Of a stretch of 64,000 nt of DNA, positions 37,717 through 47,641 are shown in pieces. Each line of letters opens with the position of its first letter. The first letter of the stretch is position 1. A model generated the notes under the pieces. The model saw only the letters and a program-made list of their open reading frames with translations. It ran no database searches and was not told the DNA's origin. Origin of the DNA: Bdellovibrionales bacterium. Its GTDB lineage: Bacteria > Bdellovibrionota > Bdellovibrionia > Bdellovibrionales > UBA1609. The position numbers and the translations under genes were made by a program. The DNA lies in the NCBI GenBank assembly GCA_965199825.1, contig OZ241329.1:1952001-2016000 (forward strand), given 5' to 3'.

Positions 37717-39128
37717 AAACTTCTTATTTTCCTCACCGTTTGTTTTTTTGGTTTGTTTATAAACAAATCGTTTTTTCTGGTCTTGGCCTATTGATTTTGA
37801 GTTTTGGTTTTATCAGTTGGTTTAGCCTTAACGAAAAGCCCTCTTTGATCTGGATGGTGGCAATTTTATTTTTTGCTGCCTTTGTGCTTTTTATTCTCAT
37901 CAGTTTTATAATGGCTAGAGCCCTCGTAATTCCCTTAGGACGTCTGATACAAAAAACCCGAAGGCTCAGACTTTCACCGTTTGAGGAACAAGATGTGTTC
38001 GAAAAACCCTGGGCGCTGGATGAACCTGGTGAATGGTACGATCTCGAACGTGCTCTTAATAAGCTCGGGCAAGATTTAAGACACAAAACCATTCGACTCT
38101 CGCGCGAAAAAACAGAGCTTCGAACTATTATGGCCGCGATGAGCGAAGCTATTTTGGCGATTGATCAAAACCACAGACCTTTATTTCTGAATCCTCAATT
38201 TGCCACATTGTTTTCGCTTCCCCAGGTGGAGCTGCAATCTTTTGCCATTCAAGATTTTTTAAGAAGCCCCGAAATTTTAAGTGCCTATGAGCGCTGTTTG
38301 AGCGAGGGCCAAAATGTTCGGGTCGAGTGCGCTTTTAATATCAATCACACCGACCGCAACTTTTCGGTTTCGGTGGCCCCACTAAGAAAAAAACACAACC
38401 AAGAGATTTACGGCGCAGTCGGAATTTTTTATGACATCACCGAACTCAAAAAAGCCGAACGCATCCGCATCGAATTTGTTGGCAATGTCTCGCATGAGTT
38501 AAGAACTCCACTGACTTCGGTCAAAGGTTACTTGCAAGTGTTAGAATCGGATTTAAGATCTGGGCAGTTTTCAAACACCGCAGAATTTTTGGAAATCATC
38601 CAAAATAATGTCGATCGGTTGATTTTACTCGTCAATGACTTGCTCGATCTCTCAAGTCTTGAGTCCGGGGTAAAACTTAATTTTAGCGAAATTGATTTAA
38701 AGCAACTGACCGAAGGGGTTTTGCAGCAGCTCAATCCGCGCGAGCATGTGATCAAACTCTTTTATGAAGTTGATATTCTTTATGCTGATTTTTTGCGAGT
38801 CGAACAAGTTTTGCGAAATCTTGTTCAGAACGCCCTGAGATATGTTCAAAAAGGGGGATGGATCAGTATCCGTTGGGAAAAAGCAGAATCAAAAACCATT
38901 TTGCGCATCAAAGACAATGGACCCGGAATCCCTCTCAAGCATCAAAAAAGAATTTTTGAACGCTTTTACCGCATCGATGAAGCACGCTCGCGCGAAGTGG
39001 GCGGAACAGGAATTGGTCTTTCGATCGTTAAGCATATTTTAAGTCGTCATAAAGGAGCGGTGCAAATGACGAGTCAAGAAAACGAGGGTGCAGAATTTGT
39101 TTGTGAGTTTCCTAATTTGGTTTTTTAA
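37713..39128 (+). CDS. phoR: Sensor histidine kinase PhoR
   Basis: Two TM helices, PAS-like region, NVSHELRTPLT, NLVQNA, DNGPGI, GTGIGL. Confidence 0.9.
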   Translation: MKTSYFPHRLFFWFVYKQIVFSGLGLLILSFGFISWFSLNEKPSLIWMVAILFFAAFVLFILISFIMARALVIPLGRLIQKTRRLRLSPFEEQDVFEKPWALDEPGEWYDLERALNKLGQDLRHKTIRLSREKTELRTIMAAMSEAILAIDQNHRPLFLNPQFATLFSLPQVELQSFAIQDFLRSPEILSAYERCLSEGQNVRVECAFNINHTDRNFSVSVAPLRKKHNQEIYGAVGIFYDITELKKAERIRIEFVGNVSHELRTPLTSVKGYLQVLESDLRSGQFSNTAEFLEIIQNNVDRLILLVNDLLDLSSLESGVKLNFSEIDLKQLTEGVLQQLNPREHVIKLFYEVDILYADFLRVEQVLRNLVQNALRYVQKGGWISIRWEKAESKTILRIKDNGPGIPLKHQKRIFERFYRIDEARSREVGGTGIGLSIVKHILSRHKGAVQMTSQENEGAEFVCEFPNLVF

Positions 39129-39324
39129 TCAAATTTTGCGCGATCATTTTTTGAATATCGGGACGACAACTGCCGCCGCAAGCACCAAAACCCGCAGTAC
39201 ACAAATCTCCAACACGATCGACCGATTTTGCTCCGCTTTGAATGGCGGCTAAAACTTCCTCTTCGGTGACGCCGTTGCAGCGACACACAAATTTAAAAGA
39301 TTTTGGCTTTTTTGGGTTCGACAT
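39112..39324 (-). CDS. BFD-like [2Fe-2S]-binding protein
   Basis: VCRCNGV...GACGGSC. Confidence 0.8.
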   Translation of the reverse strand: MSNPKKPKSFKFVCRCNGVTEEEVLAAIQSGAKSVDRVGDLCTAGFGACGGSCRPDIQKMIAQNLIKKPN

Positions 39325-40324
39325 GTTTCGAATCAACAATGCACTCTAAGAGTTGTTTGACCACTTGCTGTTTTATTTCTTGATAATCACCATGAATCAA
39401 CGCACCAGCTGCAAACATATGACCGCCACCTTGAAAGTATTCGGCAATACTTAAAACTTCGGCCTTGCCCTTGCTTCTTAATGACAACTTGTATTCATTT
39501 TTATTTTCTTCGCGAATCAAGGCCGCCACTTGAAGGCTTGTGATATTCATAATCATATCGATCACATCTCGTGAGTCATCGATGTCGAGATCATGGTCAA
39601 TCAAGGTCTGAGCCTGAAGTTTTAAAACCGCAATACGGCCTTCGCCAAAATATTCGATATCGCCTAAGACTTTTGATAAAAAGGCCACTTTTCCTATGGT
39701 GTAGGTTGAAAAAAGATGGCGATGCACATCCTCTGCGGCATTTACAAAATTTAAGAGCTCGGCGGCAATCAGATGTGAGGTTGAAGAATTTTTGACGAAT
39801 TTAAACAACTGAGTGTCAAACACGATGCTGGTATAAAGAGCTTTGGCAATTTTCTCATCCAGCGGAATATTTAATTCTTTGATCAAAGCAAAGGCAATCT
39901 CTCCGGTGGAGGCCGCTGAGGTGTTCACGTAAGAGCCTTTGGTAGGCTCAGGCCCCTGACTTAAAACTGGATGATGATCGATAAATAAAATTTCTTTACT
40001 CTGCTTTTCAAGGGTTGTGTACAGGGGCTCAACCAACCGCCGATCATTCGTATCAAAAACCAAAGTCAGATCGGTGGATTCGATTGGGGTGTGAGCGCCT
40101 TCAAAGGTTTCGAGATATTTTTGGGGCTCTAGAAAAGAATATTTTCGGGCAACTTCATCCACACAAACAATGCGAACAACCTTATCTACTTTTTTAAGGG
40201 CGTGATAAAGAGAGAGCAAGGACCCCAACCCATCGCCGTCACACTGTTTGTGTGTGGTCAGCAAAATGCTTTTGGCGTTCAGAATTTTTTGGGCAATCGC
40301 CTTAAGGGTTTGATTCATCTCCAT
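39293..40324 (-). CDS. nrnA: DHH/DHHA1 phosphoesterase (NrnA-like)
   Basis: THKQCDGDGLGS, IDHH, SLRS, GGGH. Confidence 0.85.
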   Translation of the reverse strand: MEMNQTLKAIAQKILNAKSILLTTHKQCDGDGLGSLLSLYHALKKVDKVVRIVCVDEVARKYSFLEPQKYLETFEGAHTPIESTDLTLVFDTNDRRLVEPLYTTLEKQSKEILFIDHHPVLSQGPEPTKGSYVNTSAASTGEIAFALIKELNIPLDEKIAKALYTSIVFDTQLFKFVKNSSTSHLIAAELLNFVNAAEDVHRHLFSTYTIGKVAFLSKVLGDIEYFGEGRIAVLKLQAQTLIDHDLDIDDSRDVIDMIMNITSLQVAALIREENKNEYKLSLRSKGKAEVLSIAEYFQGGGHMFAAGALIHGDYQEIKQQVVKQLLECIVDSKHVEPKKAKIF

Positions 40325-40417
40325 TTATTCGGCTCCCGGGAGAGTGGACTACAGCTTTTTTTACACGGTGAGGCTAAAAATAGCACTCGCCACTGGGGGT
40401 CTTGAACACAATAGTCC

Positions 40418-40445
40418 TTGAAACAATACTTCAATTCCATATAAT
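40418..40445 (+). promoter_or_regulatory. Sigma70-type promoter of greA
   Basis: TTGAAA-16 nt-TATAAT, 35 nt before the ATG. Confidence 0.6.
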
Positions 40446-40480
40446 CACACCTTTTTTAAGATGAAACACTGGGAGTTCTA

Positions 40481-40960
40481 ATGAAAAGCGACCGCCAACC
40501 TATGACCATTCACGGTAAGGCTAAACTTGAAGCCGAGCTGCGTCACCTCCTCCAGGTTGAACGTCCAGCTGTGATCAAAGCAATCGAAGAGGCCCGTGGG
40601 CACGGCGATCTCAGTGAGAACGCCGACTACGATGCGGCCAAAGAGCGCCAAGGGTTTGTTGAATACCGCATTAGCGATATTCAAAATAAATTGGCCAATG
40701 CAGAAGTTGTGGACACCGCGGTTTTAAATTCGGTGCGGGTGATTTTTGGAGCCCACGTTGAGCTTGAAGATCTTGAAACCTCAGAGCGTGTGACTTACCA
40801 GATCGTTGGCGAAGATGAGTCCGATGTGCGCGGTGGAAAGATTTCGGTTTTCTCCCCCATGGCGCGTTCGATGATCGGAAAATCAAAGGGCGATGTGGTT
40901 GAGCTGCGCAGTCCCAAAGGTGAGCGCGAATTTGAAGTGATCAACTTTTACTTTAAGTAA
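40481..40960 (+). CDS. greA: Transcription elongation factor GreA
   Basis: ARGHGDLSENADYDAAKERQ, ISVFSPMAR. Confidence 0.96.
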   Translation: MKSDRQPMTIHGKAKLEAELRHLLQVERPAVIKAIEEARGHGDLSENADYDAAKERQGFVEYRISDIQNKLANAEVVDTAVLNSVRVIFGAHVELEDLETSERVTYQIVGEDESDVRGGKISVFSPMARSMIGKSKGDVVELRSPKGEREFEVINFYFK

Positions 40961-40987
40961 GCCCGACGTTTCACTACACTTTTGAGG

Positions 40988-42874
40988 ATGAGCGACATCG
41001 ATGAGTCCACCTCAGGGTGGATGTGGTTTTTAATCGGACTTTTATTGGCCTTATTTATCGGAGGAGCCATTCGTGGCCTTCTCTCCCCACAAAAACTAAA
41101 TTTATTTATATCTAAAACGATCGAATCTGAAAGGCCGCCCTTTCAGATCACCTATGATTCGGTGGAGTTGAGTCTCCGCAACGGAATCATTCCGCGCTTT
41201 GGTCTGCTTATTAAAAATTTAAAAATAGCCGCGATCAATCCGTGTACCACCGCTTCGGATTTGGTAGCCAATGAGCTCTTTTTACCAGTGAGTGTGAGCG
41301 AGGCGCTTGGGGGGCGGGTATTCTTAAGGCGGGTGCTTGCCCGCGATGTCAGACTCAATCTCAAAAAAAGTGATTGCCCTAATCCCAATCGGGCTGAAAC
41401 TGCAGAATCTTTGATCGCCCTTTTGGGAAAATTTTTTGAAACACGCCTTCCTCAAGAATTGCTCAACACACGGGCCCACATCGAAGGGATCGAGCTCGAA
41501 AATTTTTTGATCACCCAAACCACTCCCGAAAATGGGTTGCTCGATTTTTCGCTATTATCTTTTGATGTGGGAAGCTCCACAAAAGCGGCAGTGGCATCGG
41601 GACGTGTGCGTGTGGGCCATGGTCTTTTTGAAACCTCGCTTCAGCCACTACTGTGGATCGACATCAGTGCCACTGCTCAACAGATTCGGCTCAAGGCAAA
41701 GGGGTTGTTTCGCGAAGGATTGATTTTGGCCGAAGCTGTTTTGCAGCTGCCTTCAACCGAGACCAAATGGAATATAAAAGTTAAACATTTGCCAATCAAA
41801 CCCGTGGTTGAGCATTTTAAAAAAGGTTTAGACATCACCGAGGCCTGGGGTTTTTGTAATCTTCAGGGTGAGAGTCGCTTTGGTAATATCTTAACCAGTA
41901 AAATTCTGATGAGTGGTTGCTACATGGAGGGCGATGCGGCCCAAGCCACAATGGCAAACACCTCGATCACATTTTTTCCCCAATTTCATTTTGAGCCTTT
42001 TCATGTGGATTTTAAGAATGCGGATGTGGCTTGGTTTAAAGAAAATAAAATTTATTTAAGTGGGATTGAGGTTGAAGCCAAGGGTGATTTTCATGGGCAG
42101 ATGGATATTGCAGAAGATCATCAGGAGGGCAAAGGGAGCATTGATGAAATCGAGGTTGCCTTTTGGCAAAGCAATCTTCGTCTCACCCAAACTCTTAAAA
42201 ATACCGAGTGGACTTATCAACGAAGTCCCAATGACCAAGAAAAACTGCGCCTCAACCATTTTAGCTCGAACAATACAGCCTGGATTGGTGCGGTCGATTT
42301 TTTAAAACAAAAAAATCTAACCGAAGTTCATGCCGAAATGAGTGAGATCAATTTGGATAAGCGATTGATAAGAAGTCTTTCGCCCATTGAAGCCGACTCG
42401 TTTAAGGTGAGTATGAATGGAAAAATGATCGATCAAAAATTTTTAGAACTCAACGGCGATATTTCGATTCCGAAGGGTAAAGCTTCATTGTTTAGTTTTG
42501 AAAACTTCGAAAGTTCGGTTCATTTTAAAGATCAACATTACTATGGAAGTTTTAAAACCGGTCCTGTCGAGGTGAAAGATGAAATTCAGCATCTTGAACA
42601 TCTCAAATTATTAAGCAGCAAAGGACAGTGGGACGTATTCGATCAAGGAATGTCTTGGGACAATGTCAAAAGTGTGGATTTCAATGGGATTCAATACGCA
42701 AGCCTTGGTCATTCCACCGAAAACCAAGTTTCGGGGCTTTTGCTAAAAAATGAGTCTGGAAAAATTTCGCGTTTTGATCTTTTAGGCAGTTTTCCAAAAG
42801 ATCTGCATTTGAGCGAAAATCCAGATCTCAAGCAAAAACAAACCGCAAAACTAATGCAGATTTTTAAAGAATAA
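40988..42874 (+). CDS. Membrane-anchored beta-rich protein, possibly AsmA/TamB-like
   Basis: N-terminal TM anchor followed by ~600 aa of repeated beta-strands. Confidence 0.6.
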   Translation: MSDIDESTSGWMWFLIGLLLALFIGGAIRGLLSPQKLNLFISKTIESERPPFQITYDSVELSLRNGIIPRFGLLIKNLKIAAINPCTTASDLVANELFLPVSVSEALGGRVFLRRVLARDVRLNLKKSDCPNPNRAETAESLIALLGKFFETRLPQELLNTRAHIEGIELENFLITQTTPENGLLDFSLLSFDVGSSTKAAVASGRVRVGHGLFETSLQPLLWIDISATAQQIRLKAKGLFREGLILAEAVLQLPSTETKWNIKVKHLPIKPVVEHFKKGLDITEAWGFCNLQGESRFGNILTSKILMSGCYMEGDAAQATMANTSITFFPQFHFEPFHVDFKNADVAWFKENKIYLSGIEVEAKGDFHGQMDIAEDHQEGKGSIDEIEVAFWQSNLRLTQTLKNTEWTYQRSPNDQEKLRLNHFSSNNTAWIGAVDFLKQKNLTEVHAEMSEINLDKRLIRSLSPIEADSFKVSMNGKMIDQKFLELNGDISIPKGKASLFSFENFESSVHFKDQHYYGSFKTGPVEVKDEIQHLEHLKLLSSKGQWDVFDQGMSWDNVKSVDFNGIQYASLGHSTENQVSGLLLKNESGKISRFDLLGSFPKDLHLSENPDLKQKQTAKLMQIFKE

Positions 42875-43864
42875 TTCTTTATAAAGTTTGGCAAAAATTC
42901 GATCAAAGCTCATTTGAAAGAATTCGGCAAATTTATCTGAAAGTTTGGGCCGGTGATAAATTTTAATTTGGATTAAGTCGGCCACATCACGACGCGAAAA
43001 TAAAAACTCATCAGATGTGCTAATCTCATCAACCAATTTGTGTTTAAGGGCTTGCTCTCCATACCAATATTCACCCGTTGCCACATCGGCCATGTTGAGC
43101 TGGGGCCGGTAGCGAAGAATAAAATCTTTGAACAATTGGTGGGTGTGTTCGAGTTGCTCAACAAATTTACTGCGACCCTTTTCGGTAATTTCGCCAAATA
43201 AACTGACCGTTCGTTTATATTCACCCGCAGTCATCTCTTGATAATCAATGTCATTCTTTTTTAACAGCCGATGAATATTTGGAACCTGTGCCACCACCCC
43301 CACCGAGCCTAAGATCGCAAAAGGTGCCGCAATAATTTTTGTTCCGCAAACCGCCATCATATAGCCGCCGCTTGCCGCAACTTTATCCACCGCAATTGTG
43401 AGATGAAGCCCAAAGGTTCTGATGCGGTTCAGTTGAGCCGCCGCAAATCCGTAGGAGTGAACCATTCCACCTGGGCTTTCGAGTCGAACTAACACCTCAT
43501 CACTTTTGGGATCAGCCACAGTTAAGAGTGCTGAAATTTCTCGGCGCAAATTTTCAACCGCACTGGCTTTAACATCGCCATCAAAATCCAAAATAAAAAT
43601 GCGTTTGTCAGGCTTATCTTTTTGGCGCAATTTTTCGCGCTTTTTTTCGGCCTTAAATAGGGCTTTTGTTTCTTTGGGTGGAAGCAGATGGCGTTTGAGC
43701 GAGAGCTCAAGATCACGAAATTGGTCATTTAAATTATCGATTTCGAATTCAGGACTAATATCACGGACTCGCGAGACGATCATCATCACCAGCACAATTG
43801 CGGCAACAACCAGCCCCACCAAAAAAAGTGCCTTGCTCGCAAATAAGAACAGTTCAATCCACAT
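42851..43864 (-). CDS. sohB: Protease SohB (S49)
   Basis: RLESPGGMVHSYG, DKVAASGGYMMA, TAGEYKRT, VATGEYW; AGGAG SD. Confidence 0.94.
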   Translation of the reverse strand: MWIELFLFASKALFLVGLVVAAIVLVMMIVSRVRDISPEFEIDNLNDQFRDLELSLKRHLLPPKETKALFKAEKKREKLRQKDKPDKRIFILDFDGDVKASAVENLRREISALLTVADPKSDEVLVRLESPGGMVHSYGFAAAQLNRIRTFGLHLTIAVDKVAASGGYMMAVCGTKIIAAPFAILGSVGVVAQVPNIHRLLKKNDIDYQEMTAGEYKRTVSLFGEITEKGRSKFVEQLEHTHQLFKDFILRYRPQLNMADVATGEYWYGEQALKHKLVDEISTSDEFLFSRRDVADLIQIKIYHRPKLSDKFAEFFQMSFDRIFAKLYKELFFKNLH

Positions 43865-43923
43865 CCAGCACTCCTGACAAAAAATTATAGAATTGAATTG
43901 ATTTTTCAAGCATCCTAAAACCA

Positions 43924-44346
43924 ATGGCAACTAAAATTGTACTTCTGCTAGCCTTAAGTTTTTCTTACGCTCAAGATGAGGATCAACAATTTCGCAATCG
44001 TCGCGAATATCTTAAAAGCCGTTACGAAGACTTCTTTATCTTTTATGATTTTTTAGATCATTTTGAAAAATCAAAAAATGTGGGAAGACTTGAACTTCAA
44101 GGGGCTCGCCAAAAAACCGAAATTCAAAAAGAGACCGCGCGCAAAGAATATTTAAAAACCCGAAAACTTCCCGGGCCCTACACCTTATTTGATCAATCTA
44201 CCGAAACAAAAGAAGCGTTAAATAAAAAAGAACAGGCAAGAACCGAATTTATCAATCATCGTGCAGCCCTTAAACGACTTGAGCGAGCAGCACGCAAAGT
44301 TCCTGAAGAAGTGGAGTCCGGGTTAGTTGATCCCATTAATGATTAA
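43924..44346 (+). CDS. Secreted helical hypothetical protein with internal duplication
   Basis: Signal peptide SYA; QKETARKEYLK / KKEQARTEFIN repeat. Confidence 0.65.
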   Translation: MATKIVLLLALSFSYAQDEDQQFRNRREYLKSRYEDFFIFYDFLDHFEKSKNVGRLELQGARQKTEIQKETARKEYLKTRKLPGPYTLFDQSTETKEALNKKEQARTEFINHRAALKRLERAARKVPEEVESGLVDPIND

Positions 44347-45041
44347 GTTTCAATCATGCAGTCATTCATCTGAAGGCCTGTGAGTTTTTTTATTCCGTTA
44401 AACAAATGCCAAAACACCAAGCCCGAAAATAAAAAGAGCGGAATCAAAATGACCCCAAAACTCACCATCGTCATATGTGAGATTTGCTCATTTAAAATCC
44501 GCGAGCGATCAACCGTATCGAGAGTTTGATCGATGGGTAAAAAAATTCGACTGGCCACCAGAAAGTTGAGAACAGCACTGATAAACAGGGAGACCGAAAA
44601 AAATTGGGTCGAAATCTTTAGGTGATTTTTATAAGCCTCTTGAAGTTCGGTGGTGTTGAGATGGGAATCAATTTTTTGTTGATTCAAAATCTGCTCGGTC
44701 ATGACCGCCATAAATGGTGTTTTTGTAAATGAGGATATAAAAATTCCCACACCCAGGAGTGCGGGAAAGGCTCCATCTTTGATCGCAAACCATTGTCCCT
44801 CAAAATGTCCCAGTGCCAAAACACCAGTAAGTAAAATATTTATTAATCCAATCAGACTGATCCAATTTTTTTTTCGTCGCACACTGTAGTCATAAGCGGC
44901 GTAGATCACAGGTAAGCTCAAAGCCACGAGAAGCGCTACCAAAGTGGCATTGGGGAAGTGGAGCTGGCTTCCACGCCGTAAAATAAAAGCGGGTAAAAAA
45001 ATATTAACTACGATATTAAGCAGAGGATTTTCACGTTTCAT
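44343..45041 (-). CDS. VC0807-like membrane protein
   Basis: NPLLNIVVNIFLP, WFAIKDG, SAVLNFLVA; six TM helices. Confidence 0.75.
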   Translation of the reverse strand: MKRENPLLNIVVNIFLPAFILRRGSQLHFPNATLVALLVALSLPVIYAAYDYSVRRKKNWISLIGLINILLTGVLALGHFEGQWFAIKDGAFPALLGVGIFISSFTKTPFMAVMTEQILNQQKIDSHLNTTELQEAYKNHLKISTQFFSVSLFISAVLNFLVASRIFLPIDQTLDTVDRSRILNEQISHMTMVSFGVILIPLFLFSGLVFWHLFNGIKKLTGLQMNDCMIET

Positions 45042-45161
45042 AGCGGCGAAGGTCGTGGATGAGTGAACCTGTTGTCAATAGGTTATGCGGCAAATGAACT
45101 AAACCGAATTTATTCATTGCGCAAAATTCAGTTTCTGGCGAAAATAAATCAGGAGTGTCAA

Positions 45162-45686
45162 ATGACTTTAAAATCAAAATTACTTTTCTTTTTCTTCACA
45201 TTGATCTCAAGCTCTACGTGGGCCGTCTCTTCGACAAATTTGGGTGAAGTGTCTGCACTCCTACAGAACAAGACTTTGATCGTGATGCGCGAATGCAGTG
45301 TCAAAGTGGTTTTTGATCCAGCGACCAACAAGCTGAACGCCCACATCACACGGCTCCAGCCCAAAAAAGATCAGCCCGCCACACTCGAGGTGGAGTTGAT
45401 TGGGACCGAAGACATTCTTCAAACTCCTCTCAATGACGTGACACCCGATCACACTTTTAACGGAGTGGAATACTCACAAGTAAAAAATCAAAAGATTCAA
45501 TCGATGCAAGTTGGAATTTTTCAGATGCCTCAAGATGGCAAAACTAAAACAGTAGTTAATTTTTTGGTGATTAAGACCGGTGAGGTAAAGGGACAGAGTG
45601 TTCTTCATGAGCAGGTGATCTCGTGTGCCCTTCCAACCGTTTCACACTCGACACTTAAAGACCGACTTCATTTGCAGGGTCATTAG
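45162..45686 (+). CDS. Secreted hypothetical protein
   Basis: AGGAG SD, signal peptide TWA, beta-rich. Confidence 0.7.
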   Translation: MTLKSKLLFFFFTLISSSTWAVSSTNLGEVSALLQNKTLIVMRECSVKVVFDPATNKLNAHITRLQPKKDQPATLEVELIGTEDILQTPLNDVTPDHTFNGVEYSQVKNQKIQSMQVGIFQMPQDGKTKTVVNFLVIKTGEVKGQSVLHEQVISCALPTVSHSTLKDRLHLQGH

Positions 45687-45707
45687 ATTCAGTGTTAAGT
45701 TCGGGCC

Positions 45708-46520
45708 ATGCCCGAACTCCCAGAAGTCGAAACAATTCGCCAGCATTTAAGTCAAAACCTAAAAGATCAGCCCCAAATCAAAGCTCTTTATTTTTATCGC
45801 AAAAATTTGCGCTCGGCTTTACCGCTCAAGCTTAAACTCAATGATCAGCATTTTTTAAGTGTCAATCGTCGGGCAAAATTTCTTTTTTTTGAAACCGAAA
45901 AATTAATTTTGATTAGTCATCTTGGAATGTCTGGCTATTGGCGTTTTGAAAAACAATTCGAAAAACGAAAGCATGATCATATCGCCTTTGAATTGAGCGA
46001 TGGTCGCTTTTTAATTTATCATGATCCACGCCGGTTTGGTTTGTTCGAGCAAAGCTTAAAAGGTGAAGAGCACAACAATCGCTGGATCAAAAATTTAGGG
46101 GTTGAACCCTTAAGTTCGGATTGGACGGGTGAGCACCTTTTTAAAAAATCACGCGGCAAAAAAGTGGCGATCAAAACTTTTCTACTCAACCAGCAGGTGG
46201 TGTCGGGGCTTGGAAATATCTATGTGTGCGAAGCCCTTTTTATGGCCCAAATCAAGCCCACAAAAAATGTTTCAAGGCTCACGCGGGCCGAAGCCGAGCG
46301 CATCGTCACAAGTGCGAAACAGGTCTTAAAAGAGGCAATCACCTTAGGAGGTACAACTCTCAAGGATTACTTAAGGCCGGATGGCGAAAAGGGCGAGTTC
46401 AAAAACCGATTGCGGGTGTACGGAAGAGAGGGCTCACCGTGCTTAAAGTGCGAATCCTTAATTTTGCGAAAAACCCAAGCGGCGAGAAGCACCTTTTATT
46501 GTAAGCGCTGCCAAACATGA
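45708..46520 (+). CDS. mutM: Formamidopyrimidine-DNA glycosylase
   Basis: MPELPEVET, HLGMSG, DPRRFG, GLGNIY, C-terminal Zn finger. Confidence 0.97.
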   Translation: MPELPEVETIRQHLSQNLKDQPQIKALYFYRKNLRSALPLKLKLNDQHFLSVNRRAKFLFFETEKLILISHLGMSGYWRFEKQFEKRKHDHIAFELSDGRFLIYHDPRRFGLFEQSLKGEEHNNRWIKNLGVEPLSSDWTGEHLFKKSRGKKVAIKTFLLNQQVVSGLGNIYVCEALFMAQIKPTKNVSRLTRAEAERIVTSAKQVLKEAITLGGTTLKDYLRPDGEKGEFKNRLRVYGREGSPCLKCESLILRKTQAARSTFYCKRCQT

Positions 46521-47641
46521 TTTTGATCGGCTACCTCACCCTTTTTATTTTTGGACTTCTCGATAATTTGCGTGCGCCTGAATTTTTGACTTTGGTGCAT
46601 GATCTGAATCTCTCCCAATTTGAAGGCTCACTTTTTTTTGCTAGCACCTCGATATTTTGTTTTGTGATGGGACTCTTTATGAGTCGTCTGGTTCGCCGTT
46701 TTGGAACTCTTAAAGTGGTGAGCGTTGGACTGAGCTTCATTGGATGCTCGTATTTTGGACTCAGTTTTGCCCACAATTTATTTGAGATGATGTGTGGTGC
46801 TTCGGTGTTTGGGTTAGGATTTGGGATTTTAATCATTGGCCAAAATCTTTTAATTCTTGAGGCGGGTGAGACCCATCATCACCGCAGGCTCTTATCGGGG
46901 CTTCATAGCATGTATGCCCTTTCGGCGATTTGTGCCCCTCTCGTGGCTCAAGCCTTTTCTTTTTTAAGTTGGCGAGAAATTTTTAGGGGTGTGAGTTTTT
47001 TGCCTCTGATCTTAAGCGGCTTTATTTTTTTAAAAAAACCGCATTTACCAAAATTACGTCTTGAACAATCGGTACTGCGGCTTCCTTCGCATCGCTATTT
47101 TATCATTCTTATGGTTTCGGCCTATCAAATTGCTGAGGTTTCATTGACCACTCGACTTGCCAGTTTTTTTGAGATTCAAGTGGGTTGGAGTCTTGGTTAT
47201 TCGCGCCTATGTTTGTTTTTATTTTTTGTGGTGCTCTTTATCGGCCGGTTGCTTTTAACTCTAAAAAGTAAGTGGCAAGTTCACCAAATATTTTTTGTTT
47301 GTGGTTTTTTGAGTTTTTTAAGCTCAGGGTTTGCTCTTTATATTTCGCCCTATTTTTTTATTTTATGCGGGCTGACGATGGCCGCACTCTTTCCATTGGC
47401 CTTTGAGTGGATTGGATCCCTCTATCCTCAAGAACAAGACCGCCTGATCTCTCAGGCGCTCTCGTGGGGGGCATTGAGTATTGTGGGAATGCAGCTCTTG
47501 ATTGGTTTTTTGACCGACCATTTTTCGCTTCAAACCGCGCTGCTCGTTTGCCCCATAGGATTTTTAATTGCGACGTGTGCAGCCTTAAAAGTATACGCCG
47601 ACACGAAGACCATACTTAAGGGGCAGGCCATCGCGATTTGA
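46517..47641 (+). CDS. MFS transporter
   Basis: About 12 TM helices, SRLVRRFG motif A. Confidence 0.8.
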   Translation: MILIGYLTLFIFGLLDNLRAPEFLTLVHDLNLSQFEGSLFFASTSIFCFVMGLFMSRLVRRFGTLKVVSVGLSFIGCSYFGLSFAHNLFEMMCGASVFGLGFGILIIGQNLLILEAGETHHHRRLLSGLHSMYALSAICAPLVAQAFSFLSWREIFRGVSFLPLILSGFIFLKKPHLPKLRLEQSVLRLPSHRYFIILMVSAYQIAEVSLTTRLASFFEIQVGWSLGYSRLCLFLFFVVLFIGRLLLTLKSKWQVHQIFFVCGFLSFLSSGFALYISPYFFILCGLTMAALFPLAFEWIGSLYPQEQDRLISQALSWGALSIVGMQLLIGFLTDHFSLQTALLVCPIGFLIATCAALKVYADTKTILKGQAIAI

